A DNA stretch of 61,869 nucleotides, the filler included. It is 5 parts of 5 records of this genome, joined end to end, with 100 filler letters (N's around TTAATTAATTAA, not from the genome) between each part and the next. Parts side by side here need not be neighbours in the genome. Positions count along the whole stretch, not along the records: positions 25,727 to 32,955 come from SRR2962707_1028; positions 33,056 to 39,653 come from SRR2962707_1037; positions 39,754 to 48,063 come from SRR2962707_1040; 2 more parts are not named here. One strand, written 5' to 3'. The notes under the pieces are model-generated. The model ran no database searches and was not told the origin of the DNA. It was given only the letters and a program-made list of their open reading frames with translations. This document shows, piece by piece, positions 28,701-42,228 of the stretch. The position numbers were made by a program, and so were the translations under genes. Position 1 is the first letter of the stretch. Each line of letters opens with the position of its first letter.

Positions 28701-31700
28701 CATGCAAGGCAAGCGTCTGCGTTTGGAGTTGCAACACCGCCGGCGATCCCACACTCCCAGTACAGCAGACCAGAAGAATCCGGCTCAAAGCCTGGAAAAC
28801 ATACAAAGTCTGACTGTGAAATTGCATCGAAGTCAAAGACTGGAAACGTGCCATTGAAGCTCTGCATCGATGACGTTTGGCTGTAGCAATCGCAGTACGG
28901 CACAAATGCGGTTACATCACCGCCTGCGTCCGCCAGTGGACGGTCATCCATGCAGACAGCAAACGAGCTATTAGACAAAAATTGAACGACAGCTACGCAG
29001 CCGGACATTTTGTCGCAAACCGCTTTCGCGCCAGAGTAAGAACTCGCATTCAATGCGTAAGCTTCGACGATGTGTTCAGGGAGTGCGGCGATTGCCAAAC
29101 AAGTTGCCGGGTTGAGTGTCTCCAACTGCGAATCCCAGCACTTAGGGTACGAACAAGGGTCGCAAAGACCAAGGCCGACGTCATCGCAATCAATATCGGT
29201 TTCAAAACCATTTTGCAAGCCGTCTGAACACGTTGCGTACATACACACATCGGTGTCTGCATGCCCGATACCCCCTTCGTCAGTGCATATCCACCGTGCA
29301 AACAGACTTGGACCGAAATGATCAGCGCAGTTGACAATATTTTGGTACGGAATTCTATCACCGTCAGCCACAGGAAACGCCCCATTGTAGGCGCCGCTGT
29401 TGGCACCACCTTCTTCGGTCAAGCCAAAGTCAAATGAATTACACGTGCAGCGGGCAACGTAGGCAGTATTGCCACTTCCCGGAAGCTCCGAAGGTGCAGA
29501 GGTACACAAGTAATATGTTGAAGCGACCTCGATAACGCCCAAGCAGGTATTGTCTGCCTGGCACGTGTCGAAAATGGTTGAGACATCTTCGGCCGAACCA
29601 AGATCGAACGAGCAATCGGCGTCTGCAACTTCCGTCGGATCGACGAACCCGCACGTGCAGGCGGTCCCGCAGGCCTCAAGACCGCAGTCAACACCATATT
29701 CATCACCGTTCTGCACTCCATCCGAGCATGTAGGGCAGACTCCGCAGGTTGTCCCCCCGCAATCGACTCCTGTTTCGTCGCCGCCCTGGACGCCGTCTGA
29801 GCAGGTGTTAAACGTGCACAGCTCTTCCGATGGGTAAGCGGGTCCATCCTGAGAGGTACAAATCCACGTGAGGCCAGTTTTCGGCGTTTGGTTTGGATTG
29901 CAGTTCGTTGTGCTAAAGGTGTCGCCGTGCGCAACTGGAAACGTCACACCAGATGCTTCGCCTCCATTCGCATTTGTGCCATTGTAGTCTGGATATGCGC
30001 AAGTGCAGACTCCGGTGCACGCGCAAGTGTTATTGCACGCGTAAGGCCCACAGTCTACCCCGTCTTCCCGAAACGCGTTGGGCCTGTTCTGCTCACCGTC
30101 CGAGCAGGAGTCATCGCACGGCCCACAATGTATCCCGCCGCAGTCAATAAACGCTTCACCTTGGTCCCGCAGGCCATTACTGCACGTTGCAGCGGAACAC
30201 AGCGCATGTTCGGGCGTCGCAAATCCGGTGGAAGGGTCGCAATGCAGAAAGTTGTTCACCGTGGGGGATATCACAGCATTGACCCCGGTGAGGCCGAAAA
30301 ATGTGTTGCAATTCTCGACGTCGCTTTGGGCGAGGGGGACAGTGCCGTTGTCGAGCGGGAGAACCCCAACGTACTCGCCACCCATGGCTGGGTTCTCGCC
30401 CTGAACATTGGTCGACGAATCGACGCAGTTGCATTGATCCACGAAATCAAGACAGTCATTGGTCGTGGTCGTTGAAGTTGTGGTTGTAGTGGTGGGGGTT
30501 GTGGTTGTCGTGGTCGTTGGGCACTGATTCAAAAATGCCATGTACGTCCCGACCCCAATATCTGTGATTTCAGATGTGCAAATGCGGAAAGTCAATGAGC
30601 TCGGTTTCACGAGCACCCCCGTGCACTTTTCCCCCGGGTTCATGGTCGTCCCTGTCAAGTCATCATAACCCGTTTCACAGAAAGCAAACGCTGGTTCATA
30701 AGACCCGAATACGTTGGTATAGTCGGTGAAGGTGGTGCATCCAGCTTTCGTGCTGATGTCCGCAGTGGGGGAGAGCGTGCTCCCAGACCAAGTGCACTCC
30801 AGACACCACTTCTGAAAGCCATTGTAGTTCGTGCTCGCTCCGTTGTCAAACAGTCCGGTCCCAGCGGATACGTCTGTCTCGTAGCAAAAACGGTACCGTC
30901 CTGCAGTAAAACCGTGCTCGAGCACTGCAACGCAGCCAGTACTTCCCGTGCTTGCTTTGTTGTCTGCTTGGAAGGTGGCGTGATCGTCACAATAGGCTGT
31001 TGCGTCGACGAGGTTTGAGTACACACCGTTGACCTGCACAAAGTTGTCGCAGCCGGCATTCGTAGTCACGTCGGGGTATGCATCGTCGGCGTAGCCGCAG
31101 TCGCGTGTTTCGGGCAGGGTGGTCGTTGTAGTCGTGGTCGTGGTCGTCGACGTTGTGATGCACTCCCGGGTGTAGCCTTCGAAAAGTCCGATACCCTCGT
31201 ACGGCGCGCTGTCGGTGCAGAACCGAAAGCGAAAATCTTTGGTCGTGTGGTGCAAGAAGCCGGTGCAGGGAGAGACGTGGACCCCTGTCTGGCAAGCAGT
31301 GGCGGCAGAAGTGATGCTGGCCGAGTCGTACACGTTGTCGATTTCGACGTACGTGTTGCACGTTGCTGAGTTCGGTACAGTGACGACATAGTGCGACCCT
31401 GTTGGCCCGCAAGGATCCGTTGTGGTGGTGGTGGTGGTGGTAGTTGTCGTGGTCGTTGTGGTCGTTGTCGTTGTCACGCATGTTGCAATGTACGCACCGT
31501 ACGACTGGGTTCCCAGCCCGCTGTCTGGTTCTTGCGAGGCGATGCCAGAGTTTGCAATAGGGCCGCAAATGCGATACTTGTTATTGGCAGGAGTTGTGAG
31601 GGCGTAGCCGGACCCAGCACCGCCGTTGTGAAAACCAACCGAGTAGCACTCAGCTGCTGCAGAGCAGTAAGCCTGAGCTGCAGCAACCCCCCCTGAGATG

Positions 31701-32179
31701 GTTTGTTGGTCGTGGTTGGGGCAGTACATCCAGTCTTGGAAGTCGGGCGATGCCGCGAACGTGTGCGAGGAGCACGGGGCCAAGACGCACTGGGCGTCGA
31801 AACCTTCCCAGTTGGCGTTCGACGAGCCGTGCTGGTAAATGTACGACGTGCAAAGCCGCCAGCGGCCGTTGCCCGCTGTGTTGTGAGTCACGCCGGTACA
31901 AAACTCGCCCTGAGCAGCGCAGGCTGCCTGGGCTGTCTCGTAGTCCGCTTGCGTATCCCCGAGTGTCAGGACACCTGAAAATGTGCATGTGGCCCGTTGG
32001 ATGATGCCGGCGCTGGCAAGACTTGGCCACGTGTAGCTCGTGCACAGCGGCCCGTCCGCGCCGACGGTGGGGGATTCGGCAACGAGCCCTACCGCCGACA
32101 CAATGGCCCACCTAGCTGTAGCATAGCGGCTGCATGTTTTCCTGCTGCGAGAGCACTTTCTATTCCGCGTGGGCCTCAT
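25727..32179 (-). CDS. Giant eukaryotic secreted/surface Cys-rich repeat protein (>2150 aa, 3'-truncated)
   Basis: Uninterrupted ORF; hydrophobic N-terminal segment; poly-Thr tracts; CSDGVQNGDE.GVDCG repeats; LNR-like GDGNCD...CGWDGGDCC. Confidence 0.8.
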
Positions 32180-32561
32180 TGCACTCGGCGGTGGCGTGTA
32201 TGTGTATATGAGTGTGTGTGTGTGTGTGTGTTCGTGCGCGGCGCGCCACGAGAGCGTGTGTGTACCGGTGGCACCGAGTGGCCAGATACGTCACGACCCG
32301 TGCACGCTGGCACCTGAGCGCGCCATGCCGACTCACCTACCGTGGCCCTTCTGTGTGTAAGAACACCAGCAAAAGCGATTGGTGGAGCGTTCAAGACGTG
32401 CGTGGGGTACTACCTGCAAAAAGCAAGCAGTACTGAAGAAGTGCATTGCAGCCCCTTGCCGAGGACGGGTAATCCAACCGCAGCCGAAGCAGCAACAGAG
32501 CACAAAAAACAACAAACGGAAAAACAACGCGCAAACACAGAAACGCCACGGTCGAGGGAGT

Positions 32562-32955
32562 CTCGAGAGAGAGAGAGAGAAAGAGAGAGAGGAGAGAGAG
32601 TTCTAAAGAGTTCTAGAGAGAGAGCTCTAGCGAGAGAGTGAGAGACGCGTTCGTTCACCTGCACGAAGAACACGATCTGACGGTGCTCTTAATCGTGAGG
32701 GAGTGAGCGAGTTGCTTGTGCGCGGGCGAGCGAGCGCGCGAGTTGGGTAACGAACGTTCGGGAGGCAACACGAACGAGCGAGCGAGCGAGCGAGCGAGCA
32801 AGCGAGTGAGCCAGTGAGCCAGTGAGCCAATTCAATTCGTGAGTTCGTGAGTGAGTGAGTGAGCAAGAGAGTGATTGAGTGAGGTCGTGAGCGAAAGCGG
32901 TGAGCAAGAGAGTGCGAGAGGCAGGGAGCGAGCGAGTGAGTGAGCGAGTGAGTGA
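32562..32955. repeat. Microsatellite-rich region (GA, GAGC, GAGT)
   Basis: Tandem short repeats visible directly. Confidence 0.9.
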
Positions 32956-33055
32956 NNNNNNNNNNNNNNNNNNNNNNNNNNNNNNNNNNNNNNNNNNNNT
33001 TAATTAATTAANNNNNNNNNNNNNNNNNNNNNNNNNNNNNNNNNNNNNNNNNNNN
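32956..33055. other. Artificial contig linker
   Basis: N-run, TTAATTAATTAA, N-run. Confidence 0.98.
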
Positions 33056-33103
33056 CCTTGCCTTGCCTTGCCTTGCCTTGCCTTTACCTTTGCCTTTGCC
33101 TAG

Positions 33104-35515
33104 GTCAAGCAGCGCAAGCTGGAGCGCAGCTGCAGGTGCTTATTGCCAAATACTCGCCGCAATAGTGTGTTTTCCTCGTGCCAGTGTAGGCAGCTGACTT
33201 TCTCTTGCACCGTGTCTTCGGGATGACAGGCTTACATTGATCGGTATAAAACTAGATTTTCTCCAGGAAATGCGCAGCGACTGCGCCAGCTTCGGCTGTG
33301 CATTGGGCAGCTCGTCAATGTAAATGTGTTTGCACGCAGATTCTCACGGAGTTGGTCGCTCCGACAAACCCGTCTTGGCCCCGAACCTCGCACTCACGCC
33401 CATCAATGTTTGCCAGGTACTGAGAGGACCTCCAGCCACGCTCGCAGACTCGCTGACTAAGACAACTGTCAGCAATAGCCAGCATGCGCCGCGAGGTGCC
33501 GTGAAACCTGCAGCCACAGTTGAACTGCAAGTGGGAATGATGAAGATTAACCAATTTTTGCAAATGGCTCGGCTTGACAATGTGCGTTCGAGATTCGTTT
33601 GCTGTTGCCAGCAGCCTTTGTGCATGATTCTGCAGCTTGAGGTCAGTTATGTAATGATTGTGCACAATGACAGATAAACTTGTTCGAGCTCGACGACTAC
33701 ATGGAGACGAGTGAATTGTGCAACAAACTTCAAGGGTTCCACGAAAAGTTTTTTGGCGAAGGCGTCCAAGTCAACAATATCAAGGGCATTGCTGCTGCAG
33801 CAGCCGCGCGCGACCAAAGTTCTGCGAGCATCGGCTCAGGTTCTGCTTCAAATGACAAGTCACCACTCCGTATGGTCAAAACGGTTCTTCACGCACTGAC
33901 TCAACAAAACGCCGATGGGCGATTGAAGCTGTCGTACATTGGTTCAGCAGGCTGTGACTACAATCAAAATGAGCTGCGGTTTGTCATGCTCAACCCCGGG
34001 CGGCATTTTCAAGAAATTGTTGAAGTAAGTGAATCAAGTTTTACGATTCATTGATGCTTGAGGACTTTTTTTCGTCCAAATTAATCATCCTGTTGGCGGC
34101 TGTTCCGCGTGGCTCAGGCTGCCAGGAGCACCATTTTGCTTGGTGGGACAATGGAGCCCATTCCATTTGTGGCACGTGCCAGATATTCGCGAATGTTTAT
34201 TTGCCGAGTATATTGAAAGCGCGTGCCGTCGCTCTCTCTTAAAAACTTCGCCTGGGTGTTTAGGTGAACCAGCTGTTTGGATCTTACCTGCCGAGCAGCC
34301 AGGTATGTGTTCATGATCAACTGGGAATGCAGCTCGCGTGCCGACGCAGTCAACGTGTGCTAAGTGTGCAATGGGTTTTGGTGATAGGTGCAAACGCTAG
34401 CGTGCGGTCATGTCGTGCCAGATGAACATCTGCGTGCCGTAGTGGTAGCACGAGGTCCCAGCGGTTGGTTCCACGAGCACTGCTTGCGCATTGTGCGTCA
34501 GCTTTCGTGTGGCATGCAATGCACTGTCGTTTCACTGTGTGGGCTTGTTTGCCTTGGCTAAAAGGCAAAAATCTTCGTTTCAGCTTCGACCGACGAACTG
34601 ACCCAGCACAAATGCGGGAGCTCGGACGGGTGCTGTGCAACGCAGCTTCTGTGGTGCCGCAAGGAATGGTGGTTTTTCTGCCGTCGTTTGCTTATGCGTC
34701 CCAGCTTCGGCAGTTCTGGTCCACGGACGAGCATGGCCAGGTGCAAGTTGTTTTTTTCTGGATCCTGGTGTTTGCATCATTTATTGCCGGCCGCCCAGTC
34801 ACTTGCCATTCGACTCCCATTGCGCTAGGTCATAGCTCGACTGGCGCAGCGGAAACGACTATTCTGGGAAGAACAATCCGGGGCAGGCGGTGGGGCGGGA
34901 CAAGTTGGGGCTGCAACTGTACTGCAACGTTTCGCTGCTGCCATTCCAACCGATGGCAAAGGTGGAGCGATGCTGTTCTGTGTTGTTGGAGCCAAAATGT
35001 CTGAAGGCATTAATTTTTCTGATGGCTTGGCTCGCTGTGTGGTGATGGTCGGACTTCCATTTCCAAACCCAAGCGACCCGGAGCTGCGAGAGAGAATGGC
35101 CTACTTTGACAGAACAGCTGTCGCAACCGATTCGCCTGCCGCGGGGACCTCGAAGTCGCCAGGCTTAACTGCTGCAGCCGGAGGCCAGGAATACTATGAA
35201 AATATCTGTATGCGCGCTGTGAACCAATCGATTGGGCGTGCTATCCGCCACCGACTGGATCATGCAACAATTTTGTTGGTAGATGAACGATACGGTTCAA
35301 CCCGCATTCGGCGCAAACTGCCAAGGTGGATTGACCGGCGCGTTACGGTGCGTAGTGCCGCTGCTCCGCTCCCCCGCTGCAGTTGGCTTTCTTGTTTGGC
35401 TTTTGAGTGCACGGATGCCTCTGTGCCCTAGGCTCCACAATCTTTCGGACTAGTTGTCCGAGAATTGGCCACGTTCTTCCGGTTCCACCGCAGTCGCGTC
35501 CAAGGCGAAAAGTAG
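33104..35515 (+). CDS. DDX11: DDX11/Chl1-like XPD-family DNA helicase, 3' part, multi-exon
   Basis: Spliced motifs INQFL..LDN|INLF, MLNP, LLGGTMEP, CGHVVP, GMVVFLPSF, VVGAKMSEGINFSD, MRAVNQSIGRAIRH, LLVDERY; introns e.g. 33582-33673, 34025-34117, 34303-34387, 34464-34564, 34741-34828, 35348-35431. Confidence 0.88.
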
Positions 35516-35761
35516 TCTCCAAAGGGGCTTCGTGCAGAAGCGCATTTGGTTACGTACATGCCCCAGTCTGCGCAATTCGGCAGGTGTTGAATAAATTTCC
35601 TTGGCAATGAATTGGTTTTCAGAAAAACCTTTGGACCTTTTTGATTGCGAGGTCATGATAATTGTAATTGTCCACGGCATTTCCGTCGAGCGACTGTTTT
35701 TTTTCCATTTCGTTCAATGCCTTGCGGTGACGATGGCAGATAGCGCACCGACACTTGTACC

Positions 35762-38700
35762 CTAGTTCAGTCGCACCTCTTGCCGTGTGTTTGAAGCGAC
35801 GACACTCGGCGCTTCCACACGCCCCCTTCTCATTTTCAGCAGAAACGGAATGAGGGCCAGCGGCAGGAGTGCACAGGCACTTTCAAGATCGAGGAGGAAC
35901 CCCAACTGCGCGTAAAAGACAAAGTACAAAGTCAGTCAGTCAAATGCGCGAGCAGAAATCTCGAACGTCTGTGCGAGACGAGGCGTCTTCACAAGATGGA
36001 TATTACTCCCGCGTATAATGGTACTAGTACTGGGCAACCAGCCCACAAATAAGGAAGTTCGATTCTTGCCCACAGTTGGAATACCACAGCACGAAAAAGT
36101 CTGTGATACTCTTTAAATGGGCGTAGTGGTTGAATGCAGCGAGTGGACAGTAGAGCGGGTGTTGACAAAGGCGTCGATGGGTGAAACACTTCACAAAGCA
36201 AAATACGCACGCTGCTGAAGTTGTCCCACGTCAACCCAAGAAACTGCACGATTGGTGCAGTGATCCAATCGCTGACAGAATCGCCGATATCAAGAAACGA
36301 CAAAAAAACAGCGTAGTAGATCCCACGGTTACGGGCTTCAACTTCTGGCGAGGAGGACGACATGGATGTAGCTGTGCTGCCTCCAGGCACCATTTGGGTG
36401 GCAAACACCAACAGCGATACCGTCGCTAGCTCGCTACAGAGCTGGCCAACAAACCTACGAAGACAACACACGCAAGCAACGATCAGTGCAATGCCCAAGC
36501 TCAGACCACCCAAAGCTGCCCCACCCAAATTTATGTGTGCATGTAAGATCACCCTGGCGCAATGAGGGGCCACCAAGAGTTCATAGCTCCCGCCCCCTTG
36601 CGTGAAAAAGCGATCGAGTGGTGGGTTTGGAACATCAACCAAAGCATCGACGGCAGTTCTCCCACCGGCGAACCCCAGCCAACAGCCACCATGCTCTCGC
36701 GGACGTATCTGGCCGAAACTTGCTTCATTGGGAGAAGCAGTGGCAAAGCATATTTGTCGCTGCTGGCGTATGACGATCGTGTGCGCGTACTGTGCGTGAG
36801 TGAGCGGTTCAAAATGGAAGGCGGGTGTGTGCATCGAATGTGAGTGTGGGTCAGTGCGACGAAACGTACCCATAGCCGGCAAAAAGGGCGAATGTGGCGG
36901 CGTTTGACAACGCCGATTCGTTGGTGCCAATCGAAACGCCAGAAGTGCTGCCAAAATCGCCCAGCAGCGCCATAACCAACGGCAGTCGCAGCATTGCCAC
37001 TGCTGCAGCCAATGATGAAAGTGTCATGATCAGTGGAAGCGTAGGGCACGTCACCAGGCAGCGCGCAAAGATCACTGACGCAATGACACTTGCAGCACTC
37101 CCCACGACACTGATGTATTGAACTTCACAGGGCTCGGTTGGAAAGTTGGCGTACTGAAAGCTGTACCTGAAACCAAGCGACGCAGCGCAGGGAAAAGTAA
37201 GCTCAAAGCACGCAGGCGAAACACCAAGTTACGCAAATGTCTATCAAGCGTGGCGGTACGGGTTTAAAAACGGAGAAATGTAGGTGTGGAATGTTGCGCA
37301 GTTATGACTCGGTTGCTTTCAATGCCTAGCGCTGGTAAGCGGTCGGTCGCTCGAGGCTGACACCGGACTTGCTCAAGAAGAACAAGCACGGAGCTCGCAC
37401 GACATGAAAGTTGCCTTAAGGACCACGCGGAAATTGAACGTCAATGCATCGCCAGCGTGGCAAAACGCCACAACCAGCAACACCGTTCGGATTATATACC
37501 AGAGTGTCTGGACCCCGGGCCACAGGTCGCCAGGAACACGCCAGCTGCCGAAGCAGGCCGGCAGTTCAACTAAGCAGACCGGCCTCTGAGAGTGATAATT
37601 CTCTGGAGCGTGTATGAGTGGGAGTGGCGAAGTCGTGCTTTGCGTGCGCTGCTCGTGTGCTCATCAGTCAATCAATGGCCAGGACGTGCTGAGAATGACA
37701 TGTGCGGACTCACCATTGAGTGCTTGCCGTGGGCATTGCATTGCTGAGAAATATGAAGCTGGCAGCAAGAATAAAGTGCTTGGACTGCCAAAAGGCAGTA
37801 GCGGGCTTGCCATCGTCAGCTCCGCCGCTGGCGGCCGCTGTGTTGCAGGCGGCATCAGGTTGAAGTTCATCTTCACTGCTCGAGAGTAGGCCCACGGATA
37901 GAGCCTCGCTGCCTGGAGCAAGCCCAGGCTCAGCGTCGGCAACGACGTGGTGCAAGGATTTTGTCTTCGCACCTTGATCGCTGGGGCATGCTTTTTTCAC
38001 GGCAGCAGCGCCAACTTCAAAGGCTAAAAGAAGAACCATGGCTGCGAGGAACGTCCAAAATGATACGGTAAGCGCCAAGATTGCATTTGGGGAGAAGGCC
38101 GGGCCAGAACCACCAGCAGCGGTAGTGGCATTGCTGCTATGGTTGCTAAGCTGTGTGGACAAAGCGGCAGAGCTACTCGTGTCATCTTCCAGCGCTGAAC
38201 TGCGCAAAATCGTCACCACGACCAAAAATTGCAACAGCACGAAAAGCGACAGGGACACCAGTCCTTTTCTGGTGCAACGGCATGGTTTTTTTTTCCGGGA
38301 CGGGCGTGCACTGCGGCAACACGTCGAGTCACAGGCGGAATCGGTGCGATCCTTCGAAGTGTCGATTCCACGAGATGAATCGAGGGAAGAGTTTCGGCGT
38401 TGCGAAGCTTGATTCGCGGGGCCATCTTGAAGGAAGAACGCACAAATGCCAGCGATGACAGAAAAAGCGGCTGTCCCCCCGATAATAAGTCTCGCATTGA
38501 GACCGACAAACGCCCCGCACTGATAGACAGCCAGGCCCACGACAAGCGAGGCCAGCGTCCCAACATTGCGCGCTCCTGTGGCAGCTGCCTGCAGCAGTCC
38601 AATATTTGACGTCACGCGTGCGTCACGCTCAGTTTGGGCTTCGTTTGCTTCGCCACTGTCCGCGTCGCGCGCACTCTCCATCGCGTGATCCACCAGCACT

Positions 38701-39653
38701 AGACTGAGGAGCAGTTCCGCAAACGCGTTGCAGATGGCACGTAGCGTTGTCACCTGCAAAGGAAGCATCATACGCGCACAACATCAGATCCGGCAACAGC
38801 AGCACAGGCAACGAAATTCAAAGGTGACACGGCAGCGCAGCGGGGACAACACCCAAGCAACTGAAATGTTCGAAGTCTGATTCCACGGCACCAACAAATA
38901 ACAGTGCCATGGCGCCCAGATATCACAGCAGCGCCAGGGTCCGATTGCTCGAGTCGCTTCTACGCCGAGACTGACAGGACCCTGCCGGTGAGCCGTACTC
39001 TCCGCACACTTTGGAAGGCTCACGACCGCCATGGGAGGGCGGTGCGAGCGGCAAAAGAGGGCGGTGCAAGGCGAGGGCGCTCGCGTGAGACCACTCGCGC
39101 CTGCTTGCTTGCTTGCAGGGTCGACGAGACGAGTGTGTGAACGCGGCATTGACGATGCGGCTGTGTGGTGGTGGAGGTGGTGTGGGCGAATGACACAATG
39201 CAGCTACGCAGCAGCGCAATCTATGTGTACGCGGTTGCACGCACCAGGAAGGCCGACGCGTAAGTATCCACGAGCGTGGCCGTCACGACGTACATGACCG
39301 CGGAGCCGAGGGAGCATATAATGATATAAGGCCGCTTGCCCTGGCCGCGGATCGGGTAGTTGACCGACACCCAGCCGTAGAGCGGCTTGAGGCACCAGGG
39401 GAGGAAGATGCAGGCGTAGAACCGGCTCTGCATGTCCAGCGGCATCTTGATCTCCTCGTTCAGCCACACCCCGTAGGCGGTCAGCGGGAACGACTCGATG
39501 AACGAGTTGAGGCAGTAGAGGACGAACAGCAGCGGCGGGCAGCCGCGCAGCACTCGAGACAGCCTCGACGAGCAACTCGCGCACCACGTGGCGCAACACC
39601 CTTGAGCCGCTGAGGAAGAGGAAGAGGGCGAGGGCGAGGGCGAGGGCGAGGGC
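35762..39653 (-). CDS. BT1/folate-biopterin transporter-like MFS protein, multi-exon, 5'-truncated
   Basis: LPWCLKPLYGWVS..YPIRG..KRPY motif; further hydrophobic exons at about 37710-38755 and 36215-37165. Confidence 0.72.
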
Positions 39654-39753
39654 NNNNNNNNNNNNNNNNNNNNNNNNNNNNNNNNNNNNNNNNNNNNTTA
39701 ATTAATTAANNNNNNNNNNNNNNNNNNNNNNNNNNNNNNNNNNNNNNNNNNNN
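39654..39753. other. Artificial contig linker
   Basis: N-run, TTAATTAATTAA, N-run. Confidence 0.98.
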
Positions 39754-39841
39754 ATGGCGCGACCGAGCCCTACATGGACGTATCTACGGGCGTGTTTTGA
39801 ACAGGGGTGTGCCAGCCGACCCACCCGCCAAGCTTGAAATG

Positions 39842-40012
39842 CTACTCCTTGTCCATCTTCTGCAACTCCGCATAAATCTTCTCCGCCTCCTCCATCAACG
39901 TGCCATGGGTACGTAAGTCACCATTGCGCTGTGCATGCAGCGCCTTCTGAAGCTTGGCTTCGTATTCCTTCTGCAGTTTCTTCTTTGGATCGCCCTTCAG
40001 GAATCCCAGCAT
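39842..40012 (-). CDS. Small conserved protein (DUF6435-like)
   Basis: MLGFLKGDPKKKLQKEY..A..AQRNGD. Confidence 0.7.
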   Translation of the reverse strand: MLGFLKGDPKKKLQKEYEAKLQKALHAQRNGDLRTHGTLMEEAEKIYAELQKMDKE

Positions 40013-40272
40013 TTTTTCACCTGTTTTCATTGATGTGTCTGGGAGCTTACGCCAATTGGGCACGAAAGTTCACAAACGAGTCCCCGTCATACTAACGGTA
40101 CTCGTCTGCCGGATTCTCAGTTTCAAAGAATTTCACCGGGCCGTTACAAAATCCGTACATGATTGCGTCACTCCGTGGTCCGGGTTTTGCTCTATAGTCA
40201 ATCATAAGTCTGGACGGGCAGGCCGAGCCCTGCCGCCGGAATGTGTGATTCACACGTGTTGATGGAGCCCGT

Positions 40273-42213
40273 ATGACCCCTCGTTTTCTGAAGGCGCTGG
40301 TAACAAGCCGCTTGCTGCGACCTGTTTTCCTGATTCTGATCATTGCCGGTGTGGTGCAGGTTGCCATGAGCCAGTGGCTGATATCCAATCAGGTGGACAG
40401 CCTGGTGGAGACCGCCGGTTCGGCGCTTGAGGCCAGCAGCCATGAAGTCAGTGGGTCGTTTGGTGACACGCGTGAAGACGTTCGAAATCGCCTGCAGCTC
40501 ATGCAGCAGAGGACCACGGAAGAGTTGGCGGGTGAATTGACGCGCCAGCAGACGGCTCAGCAGGAGAGGGTGGCGAACAACGTTCGGTCGGCAGTGATGT
40601 CTGAAGCGCAGGGGCTGGCGGAGGTGCTGGCCGCGGTTGCCGCGCCGCTGATCTGGGATCGGGACGTGCCGCGGTTGACGGATCTCATTGAGTTGGCGGA
40701 TGCCCGGGAGTCGGTTCTTTTTGCAGTCTATTACGATCAGTACGGGGAAAGGCTGACCCGTTATGTCGATCGCACCGATGATCGCGTACGCACCTTAATG
40801 GAGCAGGGGGAGGGCCGTGGTGCGGCAAATAAGGTCCTGGATGCGGCAAGCCGCGACCCCAACGTGGTGATTATCACCGCCGATATCAAACCTCAGGGCA
40901 CAGCGATTGGTCAGCTGAAAATGGGGCTCTCACTGGAAGGGATCAACCGTGATCTCGCTGCTCTGGAAGAAGAATTCAGTGAGACCATCACCGGCAGTAT
41001 CGACGCGCTGCGCCAGACATTGGAGGCTGAGACCGGGGAGGTCAACCAGCGCCTGCAGCAACAGCTTGCCACCATGGGTGGAGACACGCAGGCACGTATT
41101 GATAGCACCGTGGGGGCACTGGACCGTGAGGCGGGCAGCCTTGCCTCCAATCTCTCATTCCTTGCCATCGGTTCTGTGGTTGTGCTGATCGTTCTGGTGG
41201 CGGCCGTGCTCGGCGGCGGCCTTCTTCCCCGTGTGCTCCGGTTGAGTTCGGCTATCTGGCAGATAGCCGACGGTGAGGCCGATCTGACCCGACGGGTATC
41301 CCTCAAGGGCCGCGACGAACTGACGGAAATGGCACGGGGCATGAACCAGTTCATTGCGCGCATCCAGGAGTTGGTGTCAGAGGTAAAGTCCTCCGCCGAA
41401 TCAGCCGCTGAGAGAGCCAGAGAACAAGGTCAGATAAGCCGCGATGCGGTATCGGCCGTTAATCGCCAGCAGCAGGAAGTGGCGGAGGTGTCGGATACCA
41501 TGTCGGCAATGTCGGGCAGCATTGCCGAAGTGGCTGACAGCGTCCAGGAAATAGCCGGTTCCGTCCAGAACGTAAACGCGGAGAGTGAGGCAACGGCATC
41601 GATTTCCCGTGATGTAAGAGGGCGTCTGGATCAGGTTGTTGCTAACGTGGAGCAGGCCGTCGCGGCGGTCAATGAACTGAACAGCCAGAGTACGGAAATT
41701 GATTCCGTACTGTCAGTAATCGGAGCCATTGCTGAGCAGACCAACCTGTTGGCGCTCAACGCTGCCATTGAAGCGGCGAGGGCGGGCGAATCCGGGCGCG
41801 GCTTTGCGGTCGTGGCCGATGAAGTGCGTACCCTGGCCAGCCGCACCCAGGAATCCACTACGGAAATTCAGGGCATTATTGATCGCCTTCAGCAGGGCAG
41901 CCGCCAGGCCGTGACCGTGATTGATCAGGTTTCGGGGCAGGTGGCGGAATCGTCCGCCGAATTCCGTCGAGCCGACGAGCACTTCGACCAGATCAACCAA
42001 ATGCTGGGTAGTCTGCAGAAGCGCGCGCTTGAGATTTCGGCGGTTGCGGAAGAGCAGAGCAGGAATGCGGGGGAAGTCAGCGTCAGCGTGACGGACATTG
42101 CCCGCCTGTCCGGTGAAACCGTTGACGCCATTGAGCGCTCAGATCAGGCCAGCGGGCAGATCGGGGAACTACTGGACACCCTGCAGGGCAAGGCATCCCA
42201 GTTCCGGGTATAA
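40273..42213 (+). CDS. Methyl-accepting chemotaxis protein
   Basis: Two TM segments, [38 protein letters not shown]. Confidence 0.93.
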   Translation: MTPRFLKALVTSRLLRPVFLILIIAGVVQVAMSQWLISNQVDSLVETAGSALEASSHEVSGSFGDTREDVRNRLQLMQQRTTEELAGELTRQQTAQQERVANNVRSAVMSEAQGLAEVLAAVAAPLIWDRDVPRLTDLIELADARESVLFAVYYDQYGERLTRYVDRTDDRVRTLMEQGEGRGAANKVLDAASRDPNVVIITADIKPQGTAIGQLKMGLSLEGINRDLAALEEEFSETITGSIDALRQTLEAETGEVNQRLQQQLATMGGDTQARIDSTVGALDREAGSLASNLSFLAIGSVVVLIVLVAAVLGGGLLPRVLRLSSAIWQIADGEADLTRRVSLKGRDELTEMARGMNQFIARIQELVSEVKSSAESAAERAREQGQISRDAVSAVNRQQQEVAEVSDTMSAMSGSIAEVADSVQEIAGSVQNVNAESEATASISRDVRGRLDQVVANVEQAVAAVNELNSQSTEIDSVLSVIGAIAEQTNLLALNAAIEAARAGESGRGFAVVADEVRTLASRTQESTTEIQGIIDRLQQGSRQAVTVIDQVSGQVAESSAEFRRADEHFDQINQMLGSLQKRALEISAVAEEQSRNAGEVSVSVTDIARLSGETVDAIERSDQASGQIGELLDTLQGKASQFRV

Positions 42214-42228
42214 GTGCGCTCGGCGGCT

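Noticed and set aside
32562-32955. Possible CRISPR array or structured repeat
   Set aside because: Simple microsatellites with no repeat-spacer structure and no cas genes
33315-35431. Fragmented ORFs read as a pseudogene
   Set aside because: Breaks coincide with spliceosomal introns that restore a continuous DDX11-like frame
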